Source: Hydrolagus colliei (taxonomy: Eukaryota). Taken from it: a stretch of 64,000 bases of DNA. Positions 1 to 10,000 of the stretch are shown piece by piece (the first letter of the stretch is position 1; each line of letters opens with the position of its first letter). The notes beneath the pieces are model-generated. The model was not told the DNA's origin. It saw nothing but the letters and a program-made list of their open reading frames with translations, and ran no database searches. The stretch is from NCBI GenBank assembly GCA_035084275.1, contig CM068742.1, forward strand, positions 154,194,001 through 154,258,000, written 5' to 3'. A program made the position numbers and the translations under genes.

Positions 1-865
1 AGGGGTGGGGGGTGAGAGAGACGGCTGGACGGGGGGGTGGGGTTAGGGGGAGCGAGACTGCTGGGGGGGGCTGAGGGGGAGAGAGACGGCTGGAGGGAGG
101 GGGAGAGAGACGGCTGGGGGGGAGGGGGAGATAGACTGCTGGGGAGGAGAGGGGGAGAGAGACGGCTGGGGGGAGGGGGAGAGAGACGTTTGGGGGAAGG
201 GGGAGAGAGACGGCTGGGGGGAGGGGTGAGAGACGTCTGGGGGGAGGTGGAGAGAGACATCTGTGGGAGGGGGAGAGAGACGGCTGGGGGGGGAGAGATG
301 GCTGTGGGGAGAGAGATGGCTGGGGGGGGGAGGAGAGGGGGAGAGAGACAGCTGGGGGGAGGGGGAGAGAGACGGCTGGGGAGAGGGCGGTGAGACAGCT
401 GGGGGGAGAAAGACGGCTGTGGGGGGGAGAGAGACGGCTGGGGGGGGAGGGAAAGAGAGACGGCGGGGGGTGGGTGGGAGAAAGAGACGGCTGGGGGGTT
501 GGTGGGGGAGAGAAACGACGGTGGTGGGGGGTGCGAGAGAGAGACAGCAGGGTGGGGGGGGGGGGGAAGTGACGGGGTGCATGTGATAATATACAGATAG
601 ATAGAGATGGGGGGGATGTGAGAGAGGGAGAGAGACATAGAGACACACAGACAGAAATACACAGAGATGGAGAGAGTGAGAGACACAGAGAGAGAAAGAT
701 ATTTACATCCTGAGAAGATAGGCCCTGCACGCGCGCGCACTCCGAATGCGCATGCCGCGCGCGCCTGCGCAGTACAAAAAACCCGAAAATATCGATATTT
801 CGGTATATCTCGATATGAGCCCATCGATACATTTAATCAGAAGATTTCCATATTGACGGACCCTA
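1..865 (-). mobile_element. One end of a probable non-autonomous DNA transposon containing a G-rich (ggggagagagacggct)n minisatellite; runs off the window start
   Basis: Ends ...tattgacggacccta at 865 and is the reverse complement of the copy starting tagggtccgtc at 1609. TAGGG termini resemble hAT-type elements (inference). Confidence 0.5.
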
Positions 866-1608
866 AAAGACATTATACAAATGTAATTTTGTTGTTGTTT
901 TCTGCACTAATCCCATTGCATACTTTTCTCTTGTACATTTTCGCTTTGTTTGTAATGTTCTTCTTCAAATACTTAATAATTCCATTTTAACATCACAGAA
1001 TCTTATAGCAGGAAGAAGGCCACTCTGGCCATCATCTTTGCACTGGCTTTTTCAAAGAGCTATAATACATAATCATCCCTGTATTTACTGCTACTAATAA
1101 TGATAATTGCATTTAATATAGTGCTTTTCATGTCTTCTAGATGTCTCAAAGCGTTTCACAGAATATACTGGCAAGTGAATTGATTTTATATTTTAAACCA
1201 GTAGCTAATTTCACACAGCAGTGTCCCACAAATATTGAATGACCAAATTTTAATTTTTTTAAAAAAAAAACAGTGTTTATTGCCCCCAGAAAATTACCTG
1301 ATAATCGACTAACAACTGGGTTCAAGGCAAGTGCTCCAAGCTACAGGATGTACTGAGCTACCAACTAGTCCCACTCTTACCCAAGAGCCCTGAAAATGTT
1401 TCCTTTTTACTTATCTATCCAATTTCCCTTCAGGCAGAGCAATTACAGACTTTTAGACTCCGCTTGATACCAATGTATTGGGGGGCGAGGGGTTGGTAGG
1501 GATTAGGGGGTGATTGGGGGGGTTCAGTAAGGATAAGATTAGATCGGGTTTCTTCATTCAGACCAATCCTGTGATCTTGTGAAAACCACATTACATGTCA
1601 ATGGCAAG

Positions 1609-2030
1609 TAGGGTCCGTCGATATGGAAATTTTCCAATTTAGATATGTCGACGGGCTCATATCGAGATATACCGAAATATCGATATTTTGGGGTTTTACG
1701 TACTGCGCTTGCGCGCGCGCACATTCGGGGCCTATCTCCTCAGGAGGTAAATATCTTTCCATCACTGTGTCTCTCACGTTCACTCTCTCCATCTCTGTAT
1801 CTTTCTGTCTGTGTCTCTGTGTCGCTCTCCTCTCTCACATCTCCCCCATCTCTATCTATCTGTATATTATCACATGCACCCCATCTCTCCCCCCACCCCA
1901 CCCCCCCTGCCACCGTTCCTCTCTCCCTCCACCCCCCAGCCATCTCTCTCCCCCTACCCCCCCCAGCCGTCTCTCTCCCCCTCGCCCCCCCAGCCGTCTC
2001 TCTCCCCTTCTCCCCCCCCCCCCCCAGCCG
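1609..2030 (+). mobile_element. Second, inverted copy of the same element end, truncated by an L2
   Basis: tagggtccgtcgatatggaaat...atatcgagatataccgaaatatcgatatt...cccagccgtctctctcccc mirrors ~865 back to ~450. Confidence 0.55.
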
Positions 2031-2690
2031 GGGAGGGGAGGGAAGGCGAGTAGGAGAGGGTGAAGAGTTAGGAAGGGAGCCAGAGGCATGGTCGAATAAA
2101 AAGGTCTTGAGACCGGCCTTGAAGGAGGAAAGGGAGGAAGCGAGGGGGAGGGGCTGCGGGATGGAGTTCCACAGTGTGAGAGCAGAGAGGCTGAAAGCCC
2201 GGCCCCCGATGGTTGGGGGGTTAGGGGGGTGGACGCAGAGCAGGCCTGAGGCTGCTGAACGGAGGGGACGGGGGAGGCTGATAGGGAGACAGCAGGTCGG
2301 AGTGATAGTCGGTGGCAATGGCCTTGAAGGTGAGGATGAGGATTTTGAATTCAATCCTCTGGGGGACGGGAGCCAGTGGAGACGGGCGAGGGTGGGAGTG
2401 ATGTGATCGTGTAGCCTAGTGCGGGAGAGGACATGAGCTGCAGAGTGGCTTGTGAAGGGAGGAGCTGGGAAGGCTGACGAGGAGAGATTTCCCGTAATCC
2501 ATCCTAGATGAAATGACGGTGTGTCGGAGTGTTTCGGCTGCATGGGGCGAGGTGAGGCATTGGTGGAGTATGGCAATGTTATGGAGATGGTGGAAGACTG
2601 TGCCGGTCATGGCGTTGATATGAGGGAAGAAGGACAATTCGGGGTCAAACAAAATGCCCAGATTCCTGATTGGCTTCAAGAGGTGGAGAG
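2031..2690 (-). mobile_element. L2 LINE 3' fragment
   Basis: Translations RNLGILFDPELSF and HITPTLARLHWLP...PTIGGRAFSLSALTLWNSIP are typical of the L2 ORF2 C-terminus. Confidence 0.85.
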
Positions 2691-2873
2691 AGCAGCCTAG
2701 AACGCTGATGTTGTCAGCGCCTGAGGTGCGGAGGCACTGACATGAGCCAATCAGGAGAGCCTATGTCTAGACAAATCTTGTCTGTAACAATCCACCGGTG
2801 AAAATTAACCTGTTCATTTACTCCTTTCCGTGTCCCTCTTCAATGGTCCCATTGACAACTCCTAATTTCTTAC

Positions 2874-3257
2874 CAAAAACCTGCAGCTGTGACATGTCCT
2901 GTGTCACCTGGTCCTCTTGGTGTCCGCCAATGGTAAACATGATGTGTACGTGACAGAAATACCGGTCAGCGTCATTTAACTCCAGGTCCCTGATCCTCAG
3001 GGAAGCGTCTCCATCCCTCACATTCTCAACCAGGTTATAGCGATTTCCTTCATTCACTGTCTCTGACTCCCTGGGGTTGGAGCGAGCGGCGAGGTCAAGA
3101 GTGTCATTAGTAACCGGCTGCCCTTGTGGCCTCCCTCTCCTCCAAATCACTGTGACTGTGGCAGGATTCTGGTGTGTGTTGGGCCTAGTGAAGGAGCAGG
3201 GCAGTGTGGCATCACCTCCCTTGGTACCAGTCACTGACGGGAGCTTCTCTTCATGAC
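2874..3257 (-). CDS. Intact Ig V-set exon (V2) of the Siglec-15-like gene
   Basis: Acceptor cctgtctcag|GT CAT, donor TTT G|gtaaga, 384 nt, phase 1-1. GHEEKLPSVTGTKGGDATLPCSFTRP...VIWRRG...RYNLVENVRDGDASLRIRDLELNDADRYFCHVH...QLQVFG has the B-strand Cys, C-strand Trp and D-x-x-x-Y-x-C. Confidence 0.88.
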
Positions 3258-3934
3258 CTGAGACAGGAACAGGATTGGAATAGTGCAGAGCAGTCAGTGT
3301 GACACAGTACATGTTACACACATGTGAGGAGCCTTGGCAAATAGACATTCCCACAGTGACAGGTCAGTGTTATAAATAGTTGAAATGATAGTACAGTATA
3401 GAATAAGGATTATTGATCATGTCGTGAATAATTGAATCAATTAGAATGTATTAAACAAAAAGATGCCATGTGGTTTGGATCACATATACAGACACACACA
3501 CACACACTGTTCAAGATAGAAACATTGAGATGGGCTTGCACTGGAATGTGACTAGATAAGAATCAGGAGAATGGATTGAAGTCCATTGAAGTAGCAGTTA
3601 CTGTATTATCCCAAAAATGAGCACTGAAAGGGCTGCGAAAGCTTCAGACGATGTGTAAGTCACATGGGGAGATCCAAAGACAGGACAATGAAATATTGAA
3701 AATGTTCAGACCATCAAGGGCAAGTAAGTCAGGAGGTCTGATCGGGTTAGATAAGATGAAAAGGAGCAAATCTTGTGTGTAAAAAAAAGTTGAGAGTACT
3801 GTAACCTCTAAGCAATACAAAAGTGACTCAAGCGAAGGTAGGGAAGAATGCCAAGAAATGCCAAGAAAAAGTCTTGAATGCCAAGAAAAAGTCAGCAAAT
3901 ATCTAACATCTAACATCAGTAGTGAAACTTCTAG

Positions 3935-5140
3935 AGACTATAATCAGGGACAAGATAGATCTTCACTTAGAAAGATATAGATTATATGAAGGACAGTCAG
4001 CACAGATTTGTTAAAGGCAAATCTTGCCGGACATATCTGATGGAATTTTTTGATGAGGTAACAGAATGAGGGTAGTGCATTTGATATAGTTTATATGGAC
4101 TTTCAAAAGTGCCACATAAAAGACTTATAAGGAAAATGGAAGCTCATGGCTTTAATGGGACAGTGGTAGCGTGGATCCAGAACTGGCTGTAAGACAGAAA
4201 GCAGAGAGTTGTGGTGAGCGGCTGCTTTTCTGACTGGAGGCAAGTGTGCAGTGGCGTCCCCCAGGGATCGGTATTGGGACCACTGCTCTTTTTAATTTAT
4301 ATTAATGATCTTGAGTATAGGGAGTACCATTTCCAAGTTTGCTGATGACACAAAGTTAGGAAAAATAGTAAATAGTGAGGAGGATAGTAGCCAATTGCAA
4401 GAAGATACAGACAGAATGGTAAAATGGGCAGACACATGGCAGATGAAATTTAATGTGGATAAATGTGAGGTGATGCATTCTGGGAGGAGAAATGATGGGA
4501 GGCATTAGAGGCTGATTGTACAATTTTAAGGGATATGAAGGAACAGAGAGACCTGGGGATTTGTGTAAGTGATTTGTTGAAGGTGGCAGGACAGGTAGAC
4601 AAAGCTGATAACAAAGCATATGGGATACTAGGCTTTAAGAATAGGGGCATAGAGTACAGAAGTCAGGAAGTTCTGACTAAACTCTATAAAACGTTGGTTA
4701 GGTCTCAGCTAGAGTACTGTGTTCAATTCTGGTCACCACACTTTAGGAAGGATGTTAAGGCATTAGAAAGGGTGGAGTAGATTTAATAGGATGGTACCAG
4801 GAATCGGGGACTTCAGCTATGAGGAAAGGCTAGAGAGGTAGGTTTATGCTCATTGGAACAGCGAAGGTTGCGAGGAGACCTAATAGAGGTTTTCAAGATC
4901 ATGAGGGGATTCAATAGGGTAAACAGGGAAAAACTGTTTCCACTGCTAGGTGTGTTAGTGACTCGAGGTCACAGATTTAAAATAGTTTCTGAAAGAAGCA
5001 GAGGGAAGCTGAGGAGACATTTTTCACTCAGCGATTTGTTCTAATCTGGAATGCATTGCCTGAAAAGGTGGTGGAGGCTGATTCAATAACAACTTTTAAA
5101 AGAGACGTAGACATTTATTTGGGGAGGATGGGTTTGTGAG
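3935..5140 (+). mobile_element. Degraded CR1 LINE, ORF2 RT to 3' end
   Basis: [21 protein letters not shown] and EQRRLRGDLIEVFKI in broken frames. Confidence 0.9.
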
Positions 5141-5466
5141 GTCCAAAGATATTTGCAGCCAGAAGCAAGCCATAGACTGTATTTAATTCTTGGGCCTGCC
5201 ACAGAACGACATCTACAAGTCCTTTGAGCAACCTCTTGAATACTCGGTAGTATCGTTCCTACTTACTAAAACATGCTCCCAACATGCAAGGGCAGTCAGA
5301 CTTGCTGAGGCATATCTCTTATACTACGTAAGGTTTATTTTATGTTTAGAATTATGATTTTGAATTAATCTTGTTAAGATAGATCGTCCTGGGCGAGACA
5401 CTTCCCACTGACTCCGGCACCAGTGAGGATCATCATGTCTCATTTCCACTTCCTATTGTTCCTCAC

Positions 5467-5856
5467 CTGTAACATACAGACATGTATCTGGGGCCAGTTT
5501 CAAACTGTCTGCCCTCACCCTGGAGCTCCACACGACAGGAGAACAGCTTATTATTGTCCTCTCCCCTCAGCTGGTTTATCTGTATTGTAGCGTCGTTCCT
5601 CCTCGGGTTCCCAATCACTCGGTATCGATCTCCCTCGTTTACATCAATGACATTTGGATACTTTCCCTGTGAATCTGGCCTATAGTTTGTATATTTAAAA
5701 TACACAGGACCAGCCCAGCCTCCCTTCCACATGATGGTGATGTTGCCTGTGTATCTGGGGTGAGGGTGAGTGAACTTGCAGTACATGATGACTGGTGACC
5801 CTAACCTGCCGGTCACTGTATCAGGGTCTCCATTGTCCAGCCATTCACACTGATCC
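5467..5856 (-). pseudogene. SIGLEC15-like: Siglec-15-type V-set exon (V1) with -1 and +1 frameshifts; pseudo-exon or consensus error
   Basis: Acceptor ctcacag|GG ATC, donor ACA G|gtgagg, 390 nt. YCKFTHPHPRYTGNITIMWKGG...RYRVIGNPRRNDATIQI...FSCRVEL matches the Siglec-15 motifs CTFTHPHRHYDG, RFRLLGNPRRND and FCRVEF. The phase-1 frame (ISVNGWTMETLIQ) hits TGA at ~5813-5815. Confidence 0.8.
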
Positions 5857-6027
5857 CTGTGAGGTCACACATGTTGTAATGTGAACCAGAACACAATATA
5901 AAAGCAAACAGGCAACACTGAACTTGGACAAGAGCCTGGTTAGGTCACAGCTGGGAGTAACGTGGACAGTTTGGGGATCCCTGTAAGAACGATATAAAAT
6001 CAATAGAAAAGATGCATCTGAAACAAA

Positions 6028-6455
6028 CTCCGCTCCCCCATTACCCCAGTCCTTGCCAGACTTCACTGGCTCCATCTCCCAGAGTGGATCAATTTCAAGA
6101 TTCTCATTCTTGTTTTCAAATCCCCCCACTCCTCTGACCTCCTTTCTCCTCACAACAGTACCCGCTTCCTGCGCTCCACTAGGTCTGGCCTCCTCCTTGT
6201 CCCCCGAATCCTCCGCCCACCATCGGTGGCTGTGCATTCAGGCAGTACGCTCCAAGGCTCTGGAACTCCCTTGCTCACTCCCTTCAACCCTTCCCCTCTC
6301 ATCCTATTTCCAGGTATTGGCTAAAGACCTTTCTTATCACCTTGCTCCCCCTCTCCCTGGTTCGGGCCCGGGAGTTGTTATTGGGAAGCCCTCTGAGATG
6401 CCATCCAGCGTGGAGTGAGGGCGTTATATAATCTAAGTTGTTGTTGTTGTTGTTA
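6028..6455 (+). mobile_element. L2 LINE 3' fragment with (TTG)n tail
   Basis: ITPVLARLHWL-type sequence followed by a gttgttgtt tail. Confidence 0.8.
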
Positions 6456-7249
6456 TCCTGATTCATTGGCAAGTCCCCAAAGATGAGGAGTTTCAGATCC
6501 GAAGAGAGATTTCAGAGATTGGTGCCTCAAGAACTGAGAAGGTTTGGGGCGACCAGATAATGGTCACAATGCGTCACAACAGGGGAAATAGCAATACATT
6601 TTAGCTGATCTGGCAATAGTCAGACACTCACAAGAGGATCACATGTAATATCATCACAAAAAAAGGAACTATGACGAGTTTGAAACAGATAAAGTAGAGG
6701 CAGAGGTAAACACTTTGGTCTTTACACAGAAAGGGTGCAATTGTGGAATTATCTGCCACAAACTGGATTCAAGGCATCGTACGTCAAAGGGAATTGGATA
6801 GATGTTTGAAGAGGAGGAATATTAATGGTGTGGGTAATGGGGAGTGACAGGACAGAGGGGTTAGAATGGGTGGCTTGTGGAAAGAAAAACGCTGTTGTAG
6901 AGTACGCTGTACCATGAAAATACCATCGTTTGTTGTCACCCAGATGTCTGATGCAAGAGGAAACTAAAGTATTGTGGACCCCAGAATGTGCTTTGGGGGA
7001 ACTGATACGGTTTAACTCGTACTAACCCTTGTGTATCAGATTAGAGTAAAGAGCTCCAGTGGGGAGCGAAAAGCAGCACAGACAAGACAGAGAGGTTGGG
7101 GAAATCAAACGGAGACAGAGTTAACAAACACACACTTGCCCTGTGAGGCTCAGTGAGTAACTCACTCAGCGACAGGTCTGTCAACGTTAAAGACAAGAAT
7201 CGTATTTCCAAATGTCACCTGACTCTGTAATCATTCCACTGAAAGATAA

Positions 7250-7845
7250 ACAACAACAACAACTATATTTGTAGAGCACCTTTCATGTCAGGAGGATGTC
7301 CCAAGTCAGAGATTAGAAACCAAGCCTGGGAGAGGTGGGGTTCAGGGAAAGGGTTGGGATGATAGCGGGGAGAGAGTTCGGGTCAAAAAGGAGAGTCTTC
7401 AGACAGGATTTCAAGGAGGCAAGTGAGGAAGCGAGGTGAAGAGATTGTATAATATTGTTCCAAAGTGTGGGAGCAGAGAGGCTGAGAGTGCGCCAAAAAT
7501 GGAAGGATGGGTCGGGTGGGAGACATGGAGAAGGCTGGAACCTGCTGAATGGAAGGACAGGTAGGTTGATAGGGAATCTGCTGGTCACAGAGGTAGGAGG
7601 GTGGAGGGACTTGAATGTGAATATCAAGATCTTGAATTTGATTCTCTGAGGGACAGGCAGCCAGTGGACTAGGGCGAGGGTGGGGTTGATAGGGTCGCAG
7701 AGCCTGGTGTGGGAGAGGACATGAGCTGCAAAGTTTGGGATTATCTGCAGCTTGTGGAGGGAAGAGTTGGGGAGGCCGACAAGGAGGGAGTTGCCGGAGT
7801 CGAGCATTGAGGTGACAATCGCGTGTGAGCAGTTATTATAGTTAC
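7250..7845 (-). mobile_element. L2 LINE 3' fragment in intron 1 of the Siglec-like gene
   Basis: GNSLLVGLPNSSLHKLQIIPNFAAHVL...LALVHWLPVPQRIKFKIL; (aac)n tail at ~7250. Confidence 0.85.
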
Positions 7846-7863
7846 TGATTGGAAAGTACGTAC

Positions 7864-7915
7864 GTAAGGCAGAGGCTGACAGGACCAGGGCACAGAGCAC
7901 AGCTCCCAGCATCAT
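7864..7915 (-). CDS. SIGLEC15-like: Signal-peptide (leader) exon MMLGAVLCALVLSASAL of the Siglec-15-like gene
   Basis: ATG at 7915, hydrophobic 17-mer, phase-1 donor TTA C|gtacgt that joins V1 in phase (C|GG = Arg). Confidence 0.75.
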
Positions 7916-8504
7916 CTTCCCTCACTCAGGACACACTCCTTCCCCTCGCACGCCTGCCTCGCACTGACACAGCTGGTCACACTTCTCTTTCCTTCCTCCT
8001 CTCACTTCCCTTGTCACCACCAGAGATCCACCCCCCCACATCACCCTTGTCTGATCCTCTGCAATGTTTCAACACTAACTCTGCCCCCCGCCCCATGTTA
8101 CACTCACTGGGTGAAGTTTAATTCTCCTATACATTGCCCACAACTTTATATCCCAAATACATGACATTCTATAGCACTTTCATGTCCCAAGGCCCTGGAC
8201 AATTAGGGATTTGGACCCGAGCTGGGGGTTGGGTCACTCCCCCTCCCACCACACCTTTTAATGTATCTCCTCTTTAACATCTATTCAAATCCCTTTACAG
8301 ACTTGATGGATTTTGCCGTGATTATAGTTTGTTCCACAATTGCACCCCTGCTGTGTAAGGACAGGGTTTCTAACCCCCTCCACTTGGTTCCTTTTTTTTG
8401 TTGTGGTTTCAGATAAGTCCCTGTTGTAACTATCTGGCTGATCAGCAAAAATAATCTATTCCTAGTTCCCCTATTCATCCTCTATTAGGTCAACACTAAA
8501 CTCC

Positions 8505-8541
8505 GGGACCAGGGACAGAGCACAGCTCCCAGCGTCATCTC
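8505..8541 (-). pseudogene. Partial third copy of the leader exon
   Basis: Minus strand atgacgctgggagctgtgctctgtccctggtccc matches the first ~11 codons, then diverges. Confidence 0.6.
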
Positions 8542-8896
8542 TTCACCACTTCTCCAATCGACTAACAAACGGGTTCCTACGTACTGCCAAGTAATCATTG
8601 GCTTGTGGAGTAAGGAAACTTGGCCAACATTTTGCCCTGCTGGGAATTGAACCCAGGTCTCTCTCTTGTGACATGAACAACAACAGCCACAAAATTACAC
8701 TTGTATAGCGACTTTACGTCAGGAGGTCATCCCAAGGCGCTGGACACTGTATCAGACCCGAGCTGGGGACAGGGAAGGGGGGGATTAGGAGTTGCCAATG
8801 GGACCACCGAAGAGGAGTCTTGAGGTGAGTAGAAGGAGGCCAGGGATTGTGGGATGGAATTCCAGAAGGGATAGTTACTGATTGGAAAGTACGTAT

Positions 8897-8948
8897 GTAA
8901 GGCAGAGGCTGACAGGACTAGGGCACAGAGCACAGCTCCCAGCATCAT
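8897..8948 (-). pseudogene. Duplicate leader exon with a dead donor (C|atacgt)
   Basis: Near-identical to 7864-7915 including ~55 nt upstream, but GT is changed to AT at the donor. Confidence 0.7.
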
Positions 8949-9004
8949 CTTCCCTCACTCAGGACACACTCCTTCCCCTCGCACGCCTGCCTCGCACTGA
9001 CACG

Positions 9005-9420
9005 CACTTATCTCCATATCCCTTAATCCCTTTATCCATAAGAAATCTATCAATTTCGGTCTTGAATATCTTCAAGGACTGAGCATCTACAGTCTTTTGG
9101 GGAAGAAAATTACACAAATTCATGACTGAAGAAGCATTTCTTCAACTTAGTGTGAAAAAGCTGACCCCTTAATCTTAAGACTGTGACCCATAGTTATAGT
9201 TTCTCCAACCAGGGGAAATAGTCTCCCAATGTCTTCTCTGTCATGCCCCTTAATAATCTTATAGGTTTCTATACGATCACCTCTAATTCTTCTATATTCT
9301 CAAGCACATAGGCCGAGGTTACTAAACCTATCCATAGCTCAACCCTCTCATCCCAGAAACCACCCTAATGAATATACACTGCGTCCCCTTTAAGGCGAGT
9401 ATGTCCTTTCTTAGATTTAT
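9005..9420 (-). mobile_element. Old CR1 3' fragment
   Basis: ttatctccatatcccttaatccc...tcttgaatatcttcaa...tctaattcttctatattct, the same CR1 tail seen elsewhere in the window. Confidence 0.65.
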
Positions 9421-9559
9421 TTACCACGGAAATGCAAACCGCAAAAGCAGATGTGGTTTGGTGAGTGGGGGGAGGGAGGGGAATTGGATGATGAGATGAA
9501 AACTATCTTTACATTTATACAGTGCCCTGTACATATGATTATTTCTCTCTAAGGCAGTC

Positions 9560-10000
9560 AGGAATGTGGGCATCTTGTTCGACCCCGAATCCACACTAAG
9601 ATCAATACAGCCTTCCACCACCTCCGCAACATTGCCAGACTCTACCACTACCTCACCGCCCCCCAAGCTGCCGAAACACTCATCCACGCACTCATCACAT
9701 CTAGGCTTGACTACGGGAACTCTTTCCTCATCGGCCTTCCCATCTCCTCCCTTCACAAGCCACACATTATTCAGAATTCGGCAGCTCATGTCCTCTCCCA
9801 CACTTGGCTCCGCGACCACATCACTCCCCCACTCGCCCGTCTCCACTGGCTCCCCGTCCCCCAGAGGATTGGATTCAAGATCCTCGTCCTCACTTTCAAG
9901 GCCATTCACAGCCTTGACCCCGCCTATCTCTCTGACCCACTGTCTTCCTATCAGCCTCCCCCGTCCCCTCCGTTCAGTGGGCACTGGCCTGCAAACTGGC
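9560..10000 (+). mobile_element. L2 LINE fragment
   Basis: MGILFDPE and DHITPPLARLHWLPVPQRIGFKILVLTFKA in alternate frames. Confidence 0.8.

Noticed and set aside
37-648. Gly/Pro-rich ORFs on both strands
   Set aside because: Minisatellite translation.
1298-1389. Minus-strand segment with good acceptor and donor (tttcag|...cag|gtaatt) as a possible next Siglec exon
   Set aside because: Stops in all three frames, and it contains a decayed SINE head.
1645-2576. 253-aa and 278-aa ORFs
   Set aside because: Chimeras of minisatellite and L2 3' sequence.
7313-7915. 200-aa ORF starting with the signal peptide
   Set aside because: Read-through of the leader donor into an intronic L2; only 7864-7915 is exon.
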